Positions 21,222 through 31,562 of a DNA stretch of 64,000 bases are shown in pieces. Under the pieces are notes generated by a model. It was not told where the DNA came from, made no database searches, and saw only the letters and a list, made by a program, of their open reading frames with translations. This DNA comes from an uncultured Gemmatimonadales bacterium (GTDB lineage Bacteria > Gemmatimonadota > Gemmatimonadetes > Palauibacterales > Palauibacteraceae), in the NCBI GenBank assembly GCA_963783385.1, contig CAWANJ010000002.1:1-64000 (forward strand). The letters are read 5' to 3'. The position numbers and the translations under genes were made by a program. Positions within the stretch are counted from its first letter, which is position 1. Each line of letters starts with the position of its first letter.

Positions 21222-22730
21222 CTAGAGGTAGATCTTGACGTACATACGCCGCCGGAGCTGCGCCACGTACTCCTGGAACTGCTTGGTGCGGACCAGGTTC
21301 TCTCGGATCTGGTCCTTGACGTCCTCGAACCGATACGGCCCGGCCGGCTTGAAGTCCGTGATCTTGAGCACCACGAACTCGGAGAGGTCGAAGGCGCCGG
21401 TGACCGGGAAGGGGCCGATCGCCTGGCCGGACTCGGGCTGGCCGATCGCCTTGGCGTACGCGTCTCCGAACCGGCTGGAAACGTCCGTGAGCGCGATGTC
21501 CTCGAAGTGCGTCTCCTGGTCCCGGATGCCGTACTCCCGGCCCAGGCGGGTCGGGTCGGCTCCGGACCGCAGGCTGTCCGCCAGCGCGTCGGCCCGTTCC
21601 CGCGCCTTGCGCACGTCCGAGCTGTCGATGTCCGGACGGATGAGGATCTGGCTGATCTCACGCTCACCGCCCCGGATGTTCTGGACCTTGATGATGTGGA
21701 AGCCGAAGCGCGTCCCGATCGGGCCGACCACGCGTCCGGGCGGTGCGGCCCATGCCACGTCCGCGAACGCGGGCACCACGTCGGACCGACGGATCCAGCC
21801 CATGTCGCCGCCCTGGCTCCGCGTGCCCGGGTCGTTCGAGAAGCGGTGGGCGGCGACGGAGAAGTCGGTCCCGGAACGGATCTCGTCCAGCGCCTTGCGC
21901 GCCACGGCGATGGCGCTGTCGGCCGCCGCCGAGTCCGGGCGGGGCACGATCGTGATGCGCTCGAACGAGATCGAGGCCGGTCGCCGGGCCGAGGCCGAGT
22001 TCGCGTCGAAGTAGGCGCGCACGTCCGAGTCGCTGACGGCCGCCGGAGGCAGCCCCTGGTCGCTGATCAGCTGCTGTCGGAAGCGGGAGAGCAGGAGCTC
22101 CTGGCGGGCCTGCTGCTGTAGCATCTGCCGGTACTGGAACATGTTCTGGCCGGTGCGCTCGACCGCCTGGCGGAAGGCCTCGTCGGACTGGAAACCGGAC
22201 CGGATTCGGTCGAACTGGCTCTGCACGGCCTGCTGCACCTGGTCGTCGCCGATGGTCACGCCCTCCTGCTCGGCGCGCTGTACGAGCAGCATCCTGTCGA
22301 TCATGTCCTGGAGCGTCGACCGGACCAGGGAGTCCCTGGCCACCGGGTCCTGCGGGATCTTCTCGCCCTGCTGGCGCAGGCGGTAGATCTGCTCCTGGAG
22401 CTCGGACAGGAGGATGGCCGAGTCCCCGGCGACGGCCACCACGCGGTCGACGACCTGGACCGAGTCGCCGCCCGTGGCGTTGCCGAGCTCCGGCTCCGGT
22501 CCGGCCGGTCTCGGCGCGGGCCTCTGGGCCGCGGTATCCGCGGGAGGTACGGTGTCCGCGGGAGGAACCGTGTCGGGCTGCTGCGCGGCGGCGCGCGCCG
22601 CCCCGCCCCCGGCGAAGACGAGCCCGAGGCCGAGGACGAGGGCCACGAGCATGTGGCCCCGATGGCGCGGTCGGAGCGCGGGGCTGCGCGGCGCTGGCCG
22701 GTCCGCGGGGTCGGTGGCGCCTTGGGTCAT
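21222..22730 (-). CDS. surA: SurA-family parvulin peptidyl-prolyl isomerase/chaperone
   Basis: Signal region, VDRVVAVAG SurA N-domain, parvulin motifs (FSNDPGTRSQGGDMGW, TRFGFHIIKV); directly upstream of pdxA. Confidence 0.85.
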   Translation of the reverse strand: MTQGATDPADRPAPRSPALRPRHRGHMLVALVLGLGLVFAGGGAARAAAQQPDTVPPADTVPPADTAAQRPAPRPAGPEPELGNATGGDSVQVVDRVVAVAGDSAILLSELQEQIYRLRQQGEKIPQDPVARDSLVRSTLQDMIDRMLLVQRAEQEGVTIGDDQVQQAVQSQFDRIRSGFQSDEAFRQAVERTGQNMFQYRQMLQQQARQELLLSRFRQQLISDQGLPPAAVSDSDVRAYFDANSASARRPASISFERITIVPRPDSAAADSAIAVARKALDEIRSGTDFSVAAHRFSNDPGTRSQGGDMGWIRRSDVVPAFADVAWAAPPGRVVGPIGTRFGFHIIKVQNIRGGEREISQILIRPDIDSSDVRKARERADALADSLRSGADPTRLGREYGIRDQETHFEDIALTDVSSRFGDAYAKAIGQPESGQAIGPFPVTGAFDLSEFVVLKITDFKPAGPYRFEDVKDQIRENLVRTKQFQEYVAQLRRRMYVKIYL

Positions 22731-22842
22731 GCTGGCACGGCTCCCGGGTTGCTGGAGTGTGGGTCGAACCGGGCTCGGGGTCCGCCTTCGACCGGCTCGG
22801 ACACAGCGGGATACCCGGCGCGCCCCGGCCCGGTCCCCGCCC

Positions 22843-25800
22843 TCATCGAGCGGCCGGCGCCGGCTCCGTACCGGCCTCCTCGGTGCGCGCCAGCACGGCC
22901 AGGGCGTCGACCAGGGTGGGCAGGATGGGCTCCACGCCGGCGTTCTCGAGCACCAAGGATAGCGGCTGCGTGCGGCGCACTTCAACGGCGAGCTGGCGAT
23001 CCAGGAACGCGTCCCGGAGGAGGGCCATGCGCGGCACGGCTTCCGCACGGAAGTTGATACGCGCGGAGCGGTCCGAGACGCGGATCCACTCCGCCTCCAG
23101 GGTCTGTCCCAGCGCCCGGAGCTCGACCGATGCCAGGAGGCGGTCGGCGGGATCCGGGAGCGGCCCGAAGCGGTCGCGGAGCTCGTCCCGCAGCTCGGCG
23201 ACCTCCTCGCGACTCCCGATACGCGAGATCCGCCGATACAGGTGCATCTTCTGCTCGGCGTTCAGGATGTAGTCGTCCGGCAGATACGCCTCGCCCGCCA
23301 CCGAGACCTGCGGGGGCTCGGCGGCTGCCGCTCCGTCCTCGCCCTTGAGGCGCGCCACCGTGCGCTCCAGCATCCGGCGGTAGGTCTCGAAGCCGACCGC
23401 CCGGGCGAAGCCCGACTGTTCGGCGCCGAGGAGGTTCCCGGCGCCGCGCAGCTCGAGGTCCTTGAGGGCGATGAGGTGGCCGGCTCCCAGCTCGGTGTGG
23501 TGCTCCAGGATGCGAAGTCGGCGCTCCGCTTCGGGCGTGACGTCGTCCGGGACGAGGAGGTAGCAGTAGGCCCGGTGGTGGGAGCGGCCCACCCGCCCGC
23601 GAAGCTGGTAGAGCTGGGCCAGGCCGAAGCGGTCGGCCCGGTGGACGATCATGGTGTTGGCCGTCGGGACATCGAGCCCGTTCTCGATGATGGAGGTGCA
23701 CACGAGCACGTCGATGTCGCCGTCGACGAGCCCCGCCATGGTGATCTCGAGCTCCTCCCCGTTCATCTGGCCGTGCGCGACGGCCGTGCGGGCGTCGGGC
23801 AGGAGTCTCCGCACACGCTGGCGGATGGCCTCGATCGTCTGGACACGGTCGTGCACGAAGAACACCTGGCCGCCGCGGTCCAGCTCGCGGCGCATGGCGT
23901 CCTGGAGGACGGCGTCGCTCCAGCGCAGCACGTGCGTGATGATCGGCATGCGGTCGCGCGGGGCCGTCTCGATGATGGACATGTCCCGCAGCCCCCCGAG
24001 GGCGAGCTGCATGGTGCGGGGGATGGGGGTGGCGGTGAGCGTGAGCACGCCGACCGAGCGCTTGAGGGCCTTGAGGCGCTCCTTCTGCCTCACGCCGAAA
24101 CGCTGCTCTTCGTCCACGATGACCAGGCCGAGGTCGTGGAAGGTCACGTCGCCGGACAGCAGCCGGTGCGTCCCGATCACGACGTCCACGACGCCGGAGG
24201 CGAGGCCGTCGAGGACCCCCTCCTGCTCGGCCCGGGTCTGGAACCGGGAGAGCTGCTCGAGCCGGATCGGGAAACCCGCCAGCCGCTGACCGAACGTCTG
24301 GAAATGCTGCTCTACCAGCACGGTGGTCGGGGCGAGGATGGCCACCTGCTTGCTATCCTGGACGGCCTTGAAGGCCGCCCGCATGGCCACCTCGGTCTTT
24401 CCGTAGCCCACGTCGCCGCAGATGAGGCGGTCCATGGGTCGCGGCTCCTCCATGTCGCGCCGAACGTCCTCCCAGGCGGCCAGCTGGTCGGGGGTCTCCT
24501 CGAACAGGAAGGCCGACTCCATCTCCCGCTGCCAGCGCGTCTCGCCCGCGAACGCGTGGCCCTCGGCGATCTGACGGTGGGCGTAGAGCTCGAGCAGCTC
24601 GGCCGCCTGCTCCTGGATCGAGTCGACCGTGCGCTCCTTGAGCTTCTTCCAGCGCTTGCCGCCCAGCTTGTGGACGGCGGGCGGATCGGCCGGCTGCCCG
24701 TCCTCCCCGGGCGCGCTCCAGCGTTCGATGAGGTCCAGGCGGTAGTGGGGGACCCGCAGGAGCTCACCGTCCGCGTATTCGATCTTCAGGGTCTCGATGG
24801 CCTCGCCGCCGACCTCGACGCGCTCGAGTCCCCGGTAGCGGCCAATGCCGTGATCGAGGTGGACCACGTAGTCCCCCGGCCGCAGGGATGCCACCGACTC
24901 GAGCGTGGCGGCGCCCTGGAAGCGGCCCGTGCGCCGCGGGCGTCGCGATCGGCGGAAGATCTCGTGGTCGGTGAGCACCACCAGGGGACGGGGCCCCGGG
25001 ATGCGGAGTCCGCCCGTGAGGGAGCCGAGCGTCAGGGTGGCGGCTCCGCCGAGGTCGGGACCGCCGCGTTCCTCCAGGATCTCCCCGAGCCGCTCGAGCT
25101 GGCCCTCGTTGTCGCACAGGATCACGACCGCGTCGCCCCGGTCGCGGGCCGCCCGGATGGCGAGGGCCAGGCGTCCCATGTCCCGGTCCACCGCCGGAGG
25201 TGGCTCGAGGCGGAGGTCCAGCCACGCCGGATCCGCCCCGGACGCGGCGGCCTGGATTCGGGGCAGGGCGGCGAGGCGCCGCTCGCCCTCCTCGGGGGGC
25301 ACTACCAGCGCCTCGGGAGCGAGCCCCCCGGCGCCGGCGGGCCGGGCCGCCGCGGTCTCGCTCCACATCTCGGCCCTGCGCTCCCGGCCGCGCGGGGCAT
25401 CCATCTCGACGAGCAGGGATCCCTGCGGCAGCAGCTCGACCAGGGACCGGCGGCGTCCGGCCGCCTCGCGGGCCGGGCCGCCGCCTTTCCGGTCGGCACC
25501 GGCGGCCCGCCGGGGGGTCGAGGTGCGCAGGTCGACCGGGAGGACCTCCACGGCCTCGAGGACCCGTGACGTGCGCTGGGTCAGCGGGTCGAAACGGCGT
25601 ACGGAGGCGATCCGGTCCCCCCACAGCTCCAGCCGCACGGGGCCGTCCGTGCTGAGCGGGTAGAGGTCGACGATCCCACCCCGGATCGCGTACTCGCCCA
25701 GCTCGGCCACCGTGTGCACCCGCTCGAAGCCCATGCGCTCGAGGCGCTCCCCCAGCCCGTCGAGCCCCCAGGTGTCACCGGCCGCCAGTCGGAGCTCGAG

Positions 25801-26202
25801 GGGGCCGGCGCCGGGCAGCTCTGTCCGCTCGACCAGCGCGCGGGCCGTGGTGACCAGCAGGCGGGCCTTACCGGCCAGGAGGGAGGCCAGGGCCTCGACC
25901 CGTTGACCCGTGATCTCCACGTGCGGGTCGACGTCCTCGTAGGGAAGGGCCTCGCGCTGGGGGAAGTAGTCGACCGGGCGGGCGGGGGCGAGCGTCTCGA
26001 GATCGGCGACCAGCTGTTCGGCTTCCGCCGGCGTGTCGGCCACCAGGACCACCGGATCGGGTCCGAGGTCCGTCAGGCAAGCGGTGAGCGCCGCCGGCGC
26101 GGCGCCGGGGAGGGGACCCACGAGCAGCCGCTCGCCCGGCCGGGGCAGACGATTCGCCATGCCCCGCTGGTCGAGGAGCTGGCGGAAGCTTTCGAGTATC
26201 AA
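22843..26202 (-). CDS. mfd: Transcription-repair coupling factor
   Basis: GDYVVHLDHGIG, CGDVGYGKTEVA, DEEQRFG, TATPIPRT, QLRGRVGR, DLELRGAGNLLG, TRCF C-domain; start uncertain (26160-26260). Confidence 0.96.
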   Translation of the reverse strand: MILESFRQLLDQRGMANRLPRPGERLLVGPLPGAAPAALTACLTDLGPDPVVLVADTPAEAEQLVADLETLAPARPVDYFPQREALPYEDVDPHVEITGQRVEALASLLAGKARLLVTTARALVERTELPGAGPLELRLAAGDTWGLDGLGERLERMGFERVHTVAELGEYAIRGGIVDLYPLSTDGPVRLELWGDRIASVRRFDPLTQRTSRVLEAVEVLPVDLRTSTPRRAAGADRKGGGPAREAAGRRRSLVELLPQGSLLVEMDAPRGRERRAEMWSETAAARPAGAGGLAPEALVVPPEEGERRLAALPRIQAAASGADPAWLDLRLEPPPAVDRDMGRLALAIRAARDRGDAVVILCDNEGQLERLGEILEERGGPDLGGAATLTLGSLTGGLRIPGPRPLVVLTDHEIFRRSRRPRRTGRFQGAATLESVASLRPGDYVVHLDHGIGRYRGLERVEVGGEAIETLKIEYADGELLRVPHYRLDLIERWSAPGEDGQPADPPAVHKLGGKRWKKLKERTVDSIQEQAAELLELYAHRQIAEGHAFAGETRWQREMESAFLFEETPDQLAAWEDVRRDMEEPRPMDRLICGDVGYGKTEVAMRAAFKAVQDSKQVAILAPTTVLVEQHFQTFGQRLAGFPIRLEQLSRFQTRAEQEGVLDGLASGVVDVVIGTHRLLSGDVTFHDLGLVIVDEEQRFGVRQKERLKALKRSVGVLTLTATPIPRTMQLALGGLRDMSIIETAPRDRMPIITHVLRWSDAVLQDAMRRELDRGGQVFFVHDRVQTIEAIRQRVRRLLPDARTAVAHGQMNGEELEITMAGLVDGDIDVLVCTSIIENGLDVPTANTMIVHRADRFGLAQLYQLRGRVGRSHHRAYCYLLVPDDVTPEAERRLRILEHHTELGAGHLIALKDLELRGAGNLLGAEQSGFARAVGFETYRRMLERTVARLKGEDGAAAAEPPQVSVAGEAYLPDDYILNAEQKMHLYRRISRIGSREEVAELRDELRDRFGPLPDPADRLLASVELRALGQTLEAEWIRVSDRSARINFRAEAVPRMALLRDAFLDRQLAVEVRRTQPLSLVLENAGVEPILPTLVDALAVLARTEEAGTEPAPAAR

Positions 26203-26434
26203 GGACTCCGTGCGTGCCGCGTCGCGCTGAAAGGCCCGATCGGCCGCCGATCGAACCTCTCCTCGGCGGCCGCCGCCCGCCCCACCCTGGACGGGCACCG
26301 AAGGAGTACCGCCGCCGTGCGGCTGGGTTCCGGCGCCGCGCGAGGGCGGCGGGCACATGCTCCGAAGGCTCGGGTATGGAAGCGACCGACCGCCACGACA
26401 CGGGGACGATCACGTCGAGGGAAGAGAGCGGAGC

Positions 26435-27961
26435 ATGCGCGGAGTCCGACCGAAGGCCCCGGCGGGATGCCGGCCGCATCTGCTCCTGGCCGCGACCCTC
26501 CTGGGCTCCCTGGCCGGGTCTCCCGGCCCGGTGGGCGCACAGGAAGCGGCGCCCGTGCCGGCGGCCTCCGCCGCCGGCCGGATCACCGCCGCGAACCTGC
26601 GCACCCGGGTGAGGCTGCTGGCGGACGACTCGATGCGCGGACGGGACACGCCGAGCCCACAGCTCACCGAGGCGGCCCGGTACGTGGCCGACCAGTTCCG
26701 GTCGTTCGGCCTGCGGCCGGGCCTCGGTGACAGCTACATGCAGTTCTACCCCGTGACCGTCATCGAGCCGGGGCCTTCCGGCGCTCAGAGGCTCCTCGTG
26801 GACGGCCCCGAAGGCGAGCACGCCCTGCGCTCCGGACGGGACTTCGTGGCCGCCCCCACGGGCACGGGCCTCACGGGGTCGGGCCCGCTCCGACGCTTCG
26901 ATCCGGACTCGTCGGCCGCGGAGGCTTCCGGAGCAATGCTGCTGGTCGACGCGCGTCCCTCCGACATGCCGGGAGTGTTCGCCTCGATCCGCCGCGTGCT
27001 GCGCGAGGGTGATGCGACTGGCGCCATCATCGTGGTGGATGCGCCGGATTCCTACTTCGAGGGCCTGCAGCGCTTCTTCGGTTCCCGCCGCGTGTCGATC
27101 GGCGAGCCCGATCTGCCGGGCAAGCCCGTGGCCCTGGTCGCGGCCTCGGCGCTGCCGGTCGCGATACGGGATCCGCTGTCCGCGGGGGAGACGTTGCCGT
27201 ATGGCTGGACGGCTCGCCTGGAGACGACCGGGCACGTGCGTGCCGACAGCGCCATGAACGTCATCGGATGGCTGCCCGGGTCGGATCCCGAGCTGCAGGG
27301 CCAGTACGTCCTGTTCACGGCCCACATGGATCACGTGGGCGTGGGCCGTCCGGTGGACGGGGATTCCATCTACAACGGGGCGGACGACGATGCCTCGGGG
27401 ACGGCGACCGTGCTCGAGCTGGCCAGCGCGTTCGCATCGGCGCCGAAGCACCCTCGCCGCTCCCTCGTGTTCATGACCGTGAGCGGGGAGGAGAAGGGCC
27501 TGCTGGGATCGACGTGGTACACCGGCCATCCCGTGTTCCCGCTCGAGCGGACCGTGGCGGACGTGAACATCGACATGATCGGCCGCAACTGGAAGGACAC
27601 GGTGGTGGCGATCGGCAAGGAGGCGTCCACGCTGGGCGACGTGGTCGACCGGGTGGTGGCCCGCCATCCCGAGCTCGACATGACCGTCATCGCCGACCCG
27701 TGGCCCGAGCAGCACTTCTTTACGCGCTCGGATCACTACAACTTCGCTCGCAAGGGAATTCCGATCCTGTTCTTCTCGAGCGGCCTCCATCGAGACTATC
27801 ACCGCCCCTCCGACGAGGCCGACCGGATCGAGTACGGGAAGATGGCTCGAATCGCGCGCCTGCTGTACTTCATGGGGGGGCGGATCGCCGACGCGGACCG
27901 GGTCCCCCGGTGGGACCCGGACGCGTATCGCCGGGTGGTGGGAGGGTCGGGATCGCCGTAG
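26435..27961 (+). CDS. Secreted M28-family metallopeptidase
   Basis: Signal peptide, AHMDHVG, NGADDDASG, GEEKGLLGS, NIDMIGR, RSDHYNF, YHRPSD. Confidence 0.92.
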   Translation: MRGVRPKAPAGCRPHLLLAATLLGSLAGSPGPVGAQEAAPVPAASAAGRITAANLRTRVRLLADDSMRGRDTPSPQLTEAARYVADQFRSFGLRPGLGDSYMQFYPVTVIEPGPSGAQRLLVDGPEGEHALRSGRDFVAAPTGTGLTGSGPLRRFDPDSSAAEASGAMLLVDARPSDMPGVFASIRRVLREGDATGAIIVVDAPDSYFEGLQRFFGSRRVSIGEPDLPGKPVALVAASALPVAIRDPLSAGETLPYGWTARLETTGHVRADSAMNVIGWLPGSDPELQGQYVLFTAHMDHVGVGRPVDGDSIYNGADDDASGTATVLELASAFASAPKHPRRSLVFMTVSGEEKGLLGSTWYTGHPVFPLERTVADVNIDMIGRNWKDTVVAIGKEASTLGDVVDRVVARHPELDMTVIADPWPEQHFFTRSDHYNFARKGIPILFFSSGLHRDYHRPSDEADRIEYGKMARIARLLYFMGGRIADADRVPRWDPDAYRRVVGGSGSP

Positions 27962-28059
27962 CTTGAAGGTCCCCCCTTTGACCGGTCCCCAAGGCGCGTC
28001 TCGCCCGGCGCGGGAATTCCGGGCGGCCGCCTTCACGTGCGCCCCATGGATCGAGGACG

Positions 28060-29505
28060 ATGGCTAAGTCGAAGACCAGGAAATCGAAGAAGACCACTCC
28101 GGAGAGCGCCAAGAAGAACGGAGACCGTTCCGGCTCGGTCTCCACCGCGCCCGTGCTCGTGATCGACGACGAGAAGGCCATCGTCGAGGCCCTCCAGGCG
28201 GTGCTGAGCGCCGAAGGCTATCAGGTCGAGACGGCGCACGACGGCGAGGAGGCCTGGGCGAAGCTCGAACAGCGTCCGTACGGACTCGTGATCGTGGACC
28301 TCAAGCTCCCCAACGTGGACGGACTCGAGATCGTGCGCCGCATCCGTGAAGGCGGACTCGGATCGGAGATCATCATCATCACCGGCGAGGCGTCGGTGGA
28401 CTCGGCCGTGGAGGCGATGCGGAGGGGAGCCTACGACTACCTCACCAAGCCGCTGGAGACGGACCGCCTCAAGGCGCTGGTTCCCAAGGCGCTCGAGAAG
28501 TACGACGTGCGGGAGCAGAAGGCGGCCCTCGAGCGAAAGGTGGCGAACCTCACCCGCTACGCCGAGCTCATCGGGCAGTCCGAGGAGATGAAGGAGGTCT
28601 ACAAGACTATCGAGGCGGTGGCTCCCACGGACGCCAGCGTTCTCGTGTACGGGGAGTCGGGGACGGGCAAGGAGCTCGTGGCCCGGGCGCTCCACACCAA
28701 GTCGGCTCGCGCCGAGGGACGCTTCGTAGCGGTGAACTGCGCGGCCTTCCCCAAGGACATCCTCGAGAACGAGCTCTTCGGCCACGAGAAGGGTGCGTTC
28801 ACGGGCAGCCTCAAGGAGAAGGCGGGCTGCTTCGAGCTGGCGGATGGCGGCACCCTCTTCCTGGACGAGGTCGCCGAGATGGGACCCGACACGCAGGTCA
28901 AGCTGCTCCGCGCGATCGAGACCCAGCAGTTCCGGCGCCTGGGAGGTCGCGACGAGATCGAGGTCGACATTCGGGTCCTGGCCGCCACCAACCGCGACGT
29001 GCACGAGGCGCTCCGGGAGGGGGACTTCCGCGAGGACCTCTACTACCGACTCTCGGTGGTCGAGATCGCCCTCCCGCCGCTGCGGGACCGGGGCGGGGAC
29101 ATCGAGCTCCTGGCGCACGAGTTCCTCAAGGAGTTCGGCGAGGAGCACGGCAAGCAGGTCGACGGCTTCTCCGAGGACGCGATCCGGTTTTTCCGTGCGT
29201 ACGAGTGGCCCGGGAACGTCCGCGAGCTGAAGAACGCGGTCGAGCGGGCCGTGATCATGACCGGAGAGGGGGAGATCACCCTGACCGCGCTGCGGCCGCG
29301 GTCGGCGGATCGCAGGGGTTCGACCGAGGTCAGGATCCCCATCGGCGCCAGCCTCGAGAAGGCGGAGTCGCAGCTCATCCTCGAGACCTTCGCGTCCACG
29401 GGGGGGGACCGGGCCAGGACGGCCGCCATCCTGGGGCTGGACGAGGAGGTGCTGGGTGACCGACTCGTGGAGCTGTTGGGCCCCAAGGAGGAGGCGGTCG
29501 GCTAG
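28060..29505 (+). CDS. NtrC-family sigma54-dependent response regulator with an atypical C-terminal HTH
   Basis: REC (IDDE, VDLKLP, KP), GESGTGKE, GAFTGS, LFLDE, WPGNVRELKN. Confidence 0.93.
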   Translation: MAKSKTRKSKKTTPESAKKNGDRSGSVSTAPVLVIDDEKAIVEALQAVLSAEGYQVETAHDGEEAWAKLEQRPYGLVIVDLKLPNVDGLEIVRRIREGGLGSEIIIITGEASVDSAVEAMRRGAYDYLTKPLETDRLKALVPKALEKYDVREQKAALERKVANLTRYAELIGQSEEMKEVYKTIEAVAPTDASVLVYGESGTGKELVARALHTKSARAEGRFVAVNCAAFPKDILENELFGHEKGAFTGSLKEKAGCFELADGGTLFLDEVAEMGPDTQVKLLRAIETQQFRRLGGRDEIEVDIRVLAATNRDVHEALREGDFREDLYYRLSVVEIALPPLRDRGGDIELLAHEFLKEFGEEHGKQVDGFSEDAIRFFRAYEWPGNVRELKNAVERAVIMTGEGEITLTALRPRSADRRGSTEVRIPIGASLEKAESQLILETFASTGGDRARTAAILGLDEEVLGDRLVELLGPKEEAVG

Positions 29506-29512
29506 AAGACGG

Positions 29513-29528
29513 GGGCACATGCCTTGCA
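29513..29528 (+). promoter_or_regulatory. sigma54 -24/-12 promoter of the YtxH-YihY genes
   Basis: GGGCACATGCCTTGCA = GG-N10-GC with GGCAC and TTGCA, just after the regulator stop and about 60 nt before ATG 29586. Confidence 0.8.
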
Positions 29529-29585
29529 CGCAGCGAAGAGTGCATCTCCCTCATCCTTCCAGACGAGACCACAGCAGGTGACGCC

Positions 29586-30071
29586 ATGTCCGACGAGAGA
29601 GAAGTCCCGATCGTGGTGGTGAAGAAGGGCTCGGGCTTCGGAGCCTTCCTGCTCGGAGCGCTGTGCGGCGCGGCCGGGGGCCTGTTGTTCGCTCCGCGCT
29701 CCGGCAAGGAGACCCAGCGGGAGCTCCGGGAGGGAGCCTTGCGGCTCCGCTCCGACGCCGAAGACAAGCTCGAAGGCCTGCGCGACGATCTCGTGGAGGT
29801 CTACGAGCGGGCTCGCGAGGACGTCTCCGAGCGCGTCGACGTGGCCCGCGAGGAGATCCGGCACCGGCGGCGCCAGGCCGAGGAGGCCGTGCGGGCCGGG
29901 CGCAGCGGGGCCCACGGGGCCCGCGGAGACCTCGAGCGACGCGTGGTCGAGTCGAAGCGCGCCTACCGGGAGAGCATGAAGCGGCAGGGCCCCGGGGCGA
30001 GCGAAGACGGCCACGAGGAGAACAGCGCCGCCGGGGACACGGAAGCCGCAGCCACCGAGAGCGAGGGCTGA
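29586..30071 (+). CDS. YtxH-domain protein
   Basis: FLLGALCGAAGGLLFAPRSGKETQ motif followed by a charged helical region. Confidence 0.88.
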   Translation: MSDEREVPIVVVKKGSGFGAFLLGALCGAAGGLLFAPRSGKETQRELREGALRLRSDAEDKLEGLRDDLVEVYERAREDVSERVDVAREEIRHRRRQAEEAVRAGRSGAHGARGDLERRVVESKRAYRESMKRQGPGASEDGHEENSAAGDTEAAATESEG

Positions 30072-30112
30072 GCTCCACCGGCGTCACGCTCGCGGACTGA
30101 GCCTCCGCCACG

Positions 30113-30985
30113 GTGGACCGGCTCGGCGACGTCCGCGAGTTCGTCGGCTACGTGTACGAGAAGGCCGGGGAGGACAACATCTTTTTCCTGGCCTCGGGGA
30201 TGACGTTCAGCCTGCTCCTGGCCGCGCTCCCGTTCCTGCTCCTCCTCCTCTCGGTGGCGGGGCTCGTGCTGGCGCCCCAGTTCGAGGCGCCCCAGGGCGT
30301 GGTGCTCCGCAGGCTGTGGGAGCTCCTCCCGGTCGGCAGTGCCTCGGTGCAGCGCTATCTGGACGGGCAGCTCCAGGACATCCTCTCCAGCGCGGGCTCG
30401 GTCGGACTGGTGAGCGCCGTGTTGTTCGTGTGGTTCTCCACACGCCTGTTCGGCGCGGTTCGCACGGTCCTGGCCGAGGTGTTCGATCTCGGCGAGCCTC
30501 CCGGCGTGATCCGCGGCAAGTGGCTGGACGTGCAGCTCGTCCTGGTGAGCACGGCCCTCCTCACGCTGAACGTGTCCATCACCACGGTCCTCAGCGGCCT
30601 GGGAGAGCAGCTGCTCGAGCGCGTCGGGCTCCAGGCCGGCCCCACAACCCGGCTGGCGGCGTTCGCCACCGCCTTCCTGTTCATCTACGTGATGTTCCTC
30701 GTCATCTTCAAGTCCGTGTCACTGAACAGGATACGGTGGCGCACGGCGGCGATTGCCGCCCTGTTCGCCTCCGTGTCGTTCGAGCTGCTCAAGGTCGGCT
30801 TCGGCTGGTATGTCTCCAACTTCGCCGACTATTCCTCGATCTTCTTCGCCTTCTCCGTGCTGGTGGTCGTGGTCATGGCGACCTACTACGGGTCCATTCT
30901 GTTCATCCTGGGCGGCGAGGTGGCACAGGTCTACGAGCTTCGCCGCACTCTGCGGGAGCAGCGGCAGATCTTCCACCGGTCCTGA
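30113..30985 (+). CDS. YihY/BrkB family inner-membrane protein
   Basis: LASGMTFSLLLAALPFL, multiple TM segments, FELLKVGFGWYV, ILGGEV. Confidence 0.85.
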   Translation: MDRLGDVREFVGYVYEKAGEDNIFFLASGMTFSLLLAALPFLLLLLSVAGLVLAPQFEAPQGVVLRRLWELLPVGSASVQRYLDGQLQDILSSAGSVGLVSAVLFVWFSTRLFGAVRTVLAEVFDLGEPPGVIRGKWLDVQLVLVSTALLTLNVSITTVLSGLGEQLLERVGLQAGPTTRLAAFATAFLFIYVMFLVIFKSVSLNRIRWRTAAIAALFASVSFELLKVGFGWYVSNFADYSSIFFAFSVLVVVVMATYYGSILFILGGEVAQVYELRRTLREQRQIFHRS

Positions 30986-31091
30986 GCCCGAGCGGGCTCG
31001 GGCCCGGCTTCCACGTGGCGACCGCACGCCCCGCCGCGTACATTTCACGGTCCTTGTCCCGTCCAACCGCCGATCGACCTCCGGAGGTCTC

Positions 31092-31562
31092 GTGACCGAA
31101 TCGGAAGACGGCCGGCGTGTCGTCCTGCGCAACCGAAAGGCCCGCCACGAGTATGACGTCCTCGACACGTACGAGGCGGGACTCGTGCTCGTGGGGTCCG
31201 AGGTGAAGTCCTTGCGCGAAGGCAAGGCGAGCTTCACCGACGCGTTCGCGCGGGTGGAGGGGGGCGAGGCATGGCTCTACAACCTGCACATCACCCCCTA
31301 CGAGTCATCGACGCTGGACGCCCCCGATCCCAAGCGCACGCGGAAGCTGCTGCTGCACCGACACGAGATCGAGCGCCTGGCGATCTCCACGCAGCAGAAG
31401 GGGCTCACGCTGGTGCCGCTGGAGCTGTACTTCCGGCGAGGTCACGCGAAGGTCACCCTGGCCCTGGCCAGGGGGAAGAAACTGCATGACCGACGAGAGA
31501 CGCTGAAGCGTGAGGCGATGCGCAGGGAAGCGGAGCGAGCCATGGAGCGGCACGGTGGGTGA
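31092..31562 (+). CDS. smpB: SsrA-binding protein
   Basis: NRKARHEY, EAGLVLVGSEVKSLR, RTRKLLLH, GKKLHDRRE; GGAGG RBS. Confidence 0.97.
   Translation: MTESEDGRRVVLRNRKARHEYDVLDTYEAGLVLVGSEVKSLREGKASFTDAFARVEGGEAWLYNLHITPYESSTLDAPDPKRTRKLLLHRHEIERLAISTQQKGLTLVPLELYFRRGHAKVTLALARGKKLHDRRETLKREAMRREAERAMERHGG

Noticed and set aside
22530-22580. Short tandem repeat encoding DTVPPA-DTVPPA-DT in SurA
   Set aside because: Low-complexity linker after the signal peptide, not a repeat array
26351-26366. GGCACATGCTCCGA sigma54-like site between mfd and the M28 peptidase
   Set aside because: The -12 position is GA rather than GC, and there is no TT
31092-31562. Search for ssrA (tmRNA) or a tRNA integration site near smpB and at the island edge
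   Set aside because: No tmRNA or tRNA-like ends were recognisable in the flanking sequence
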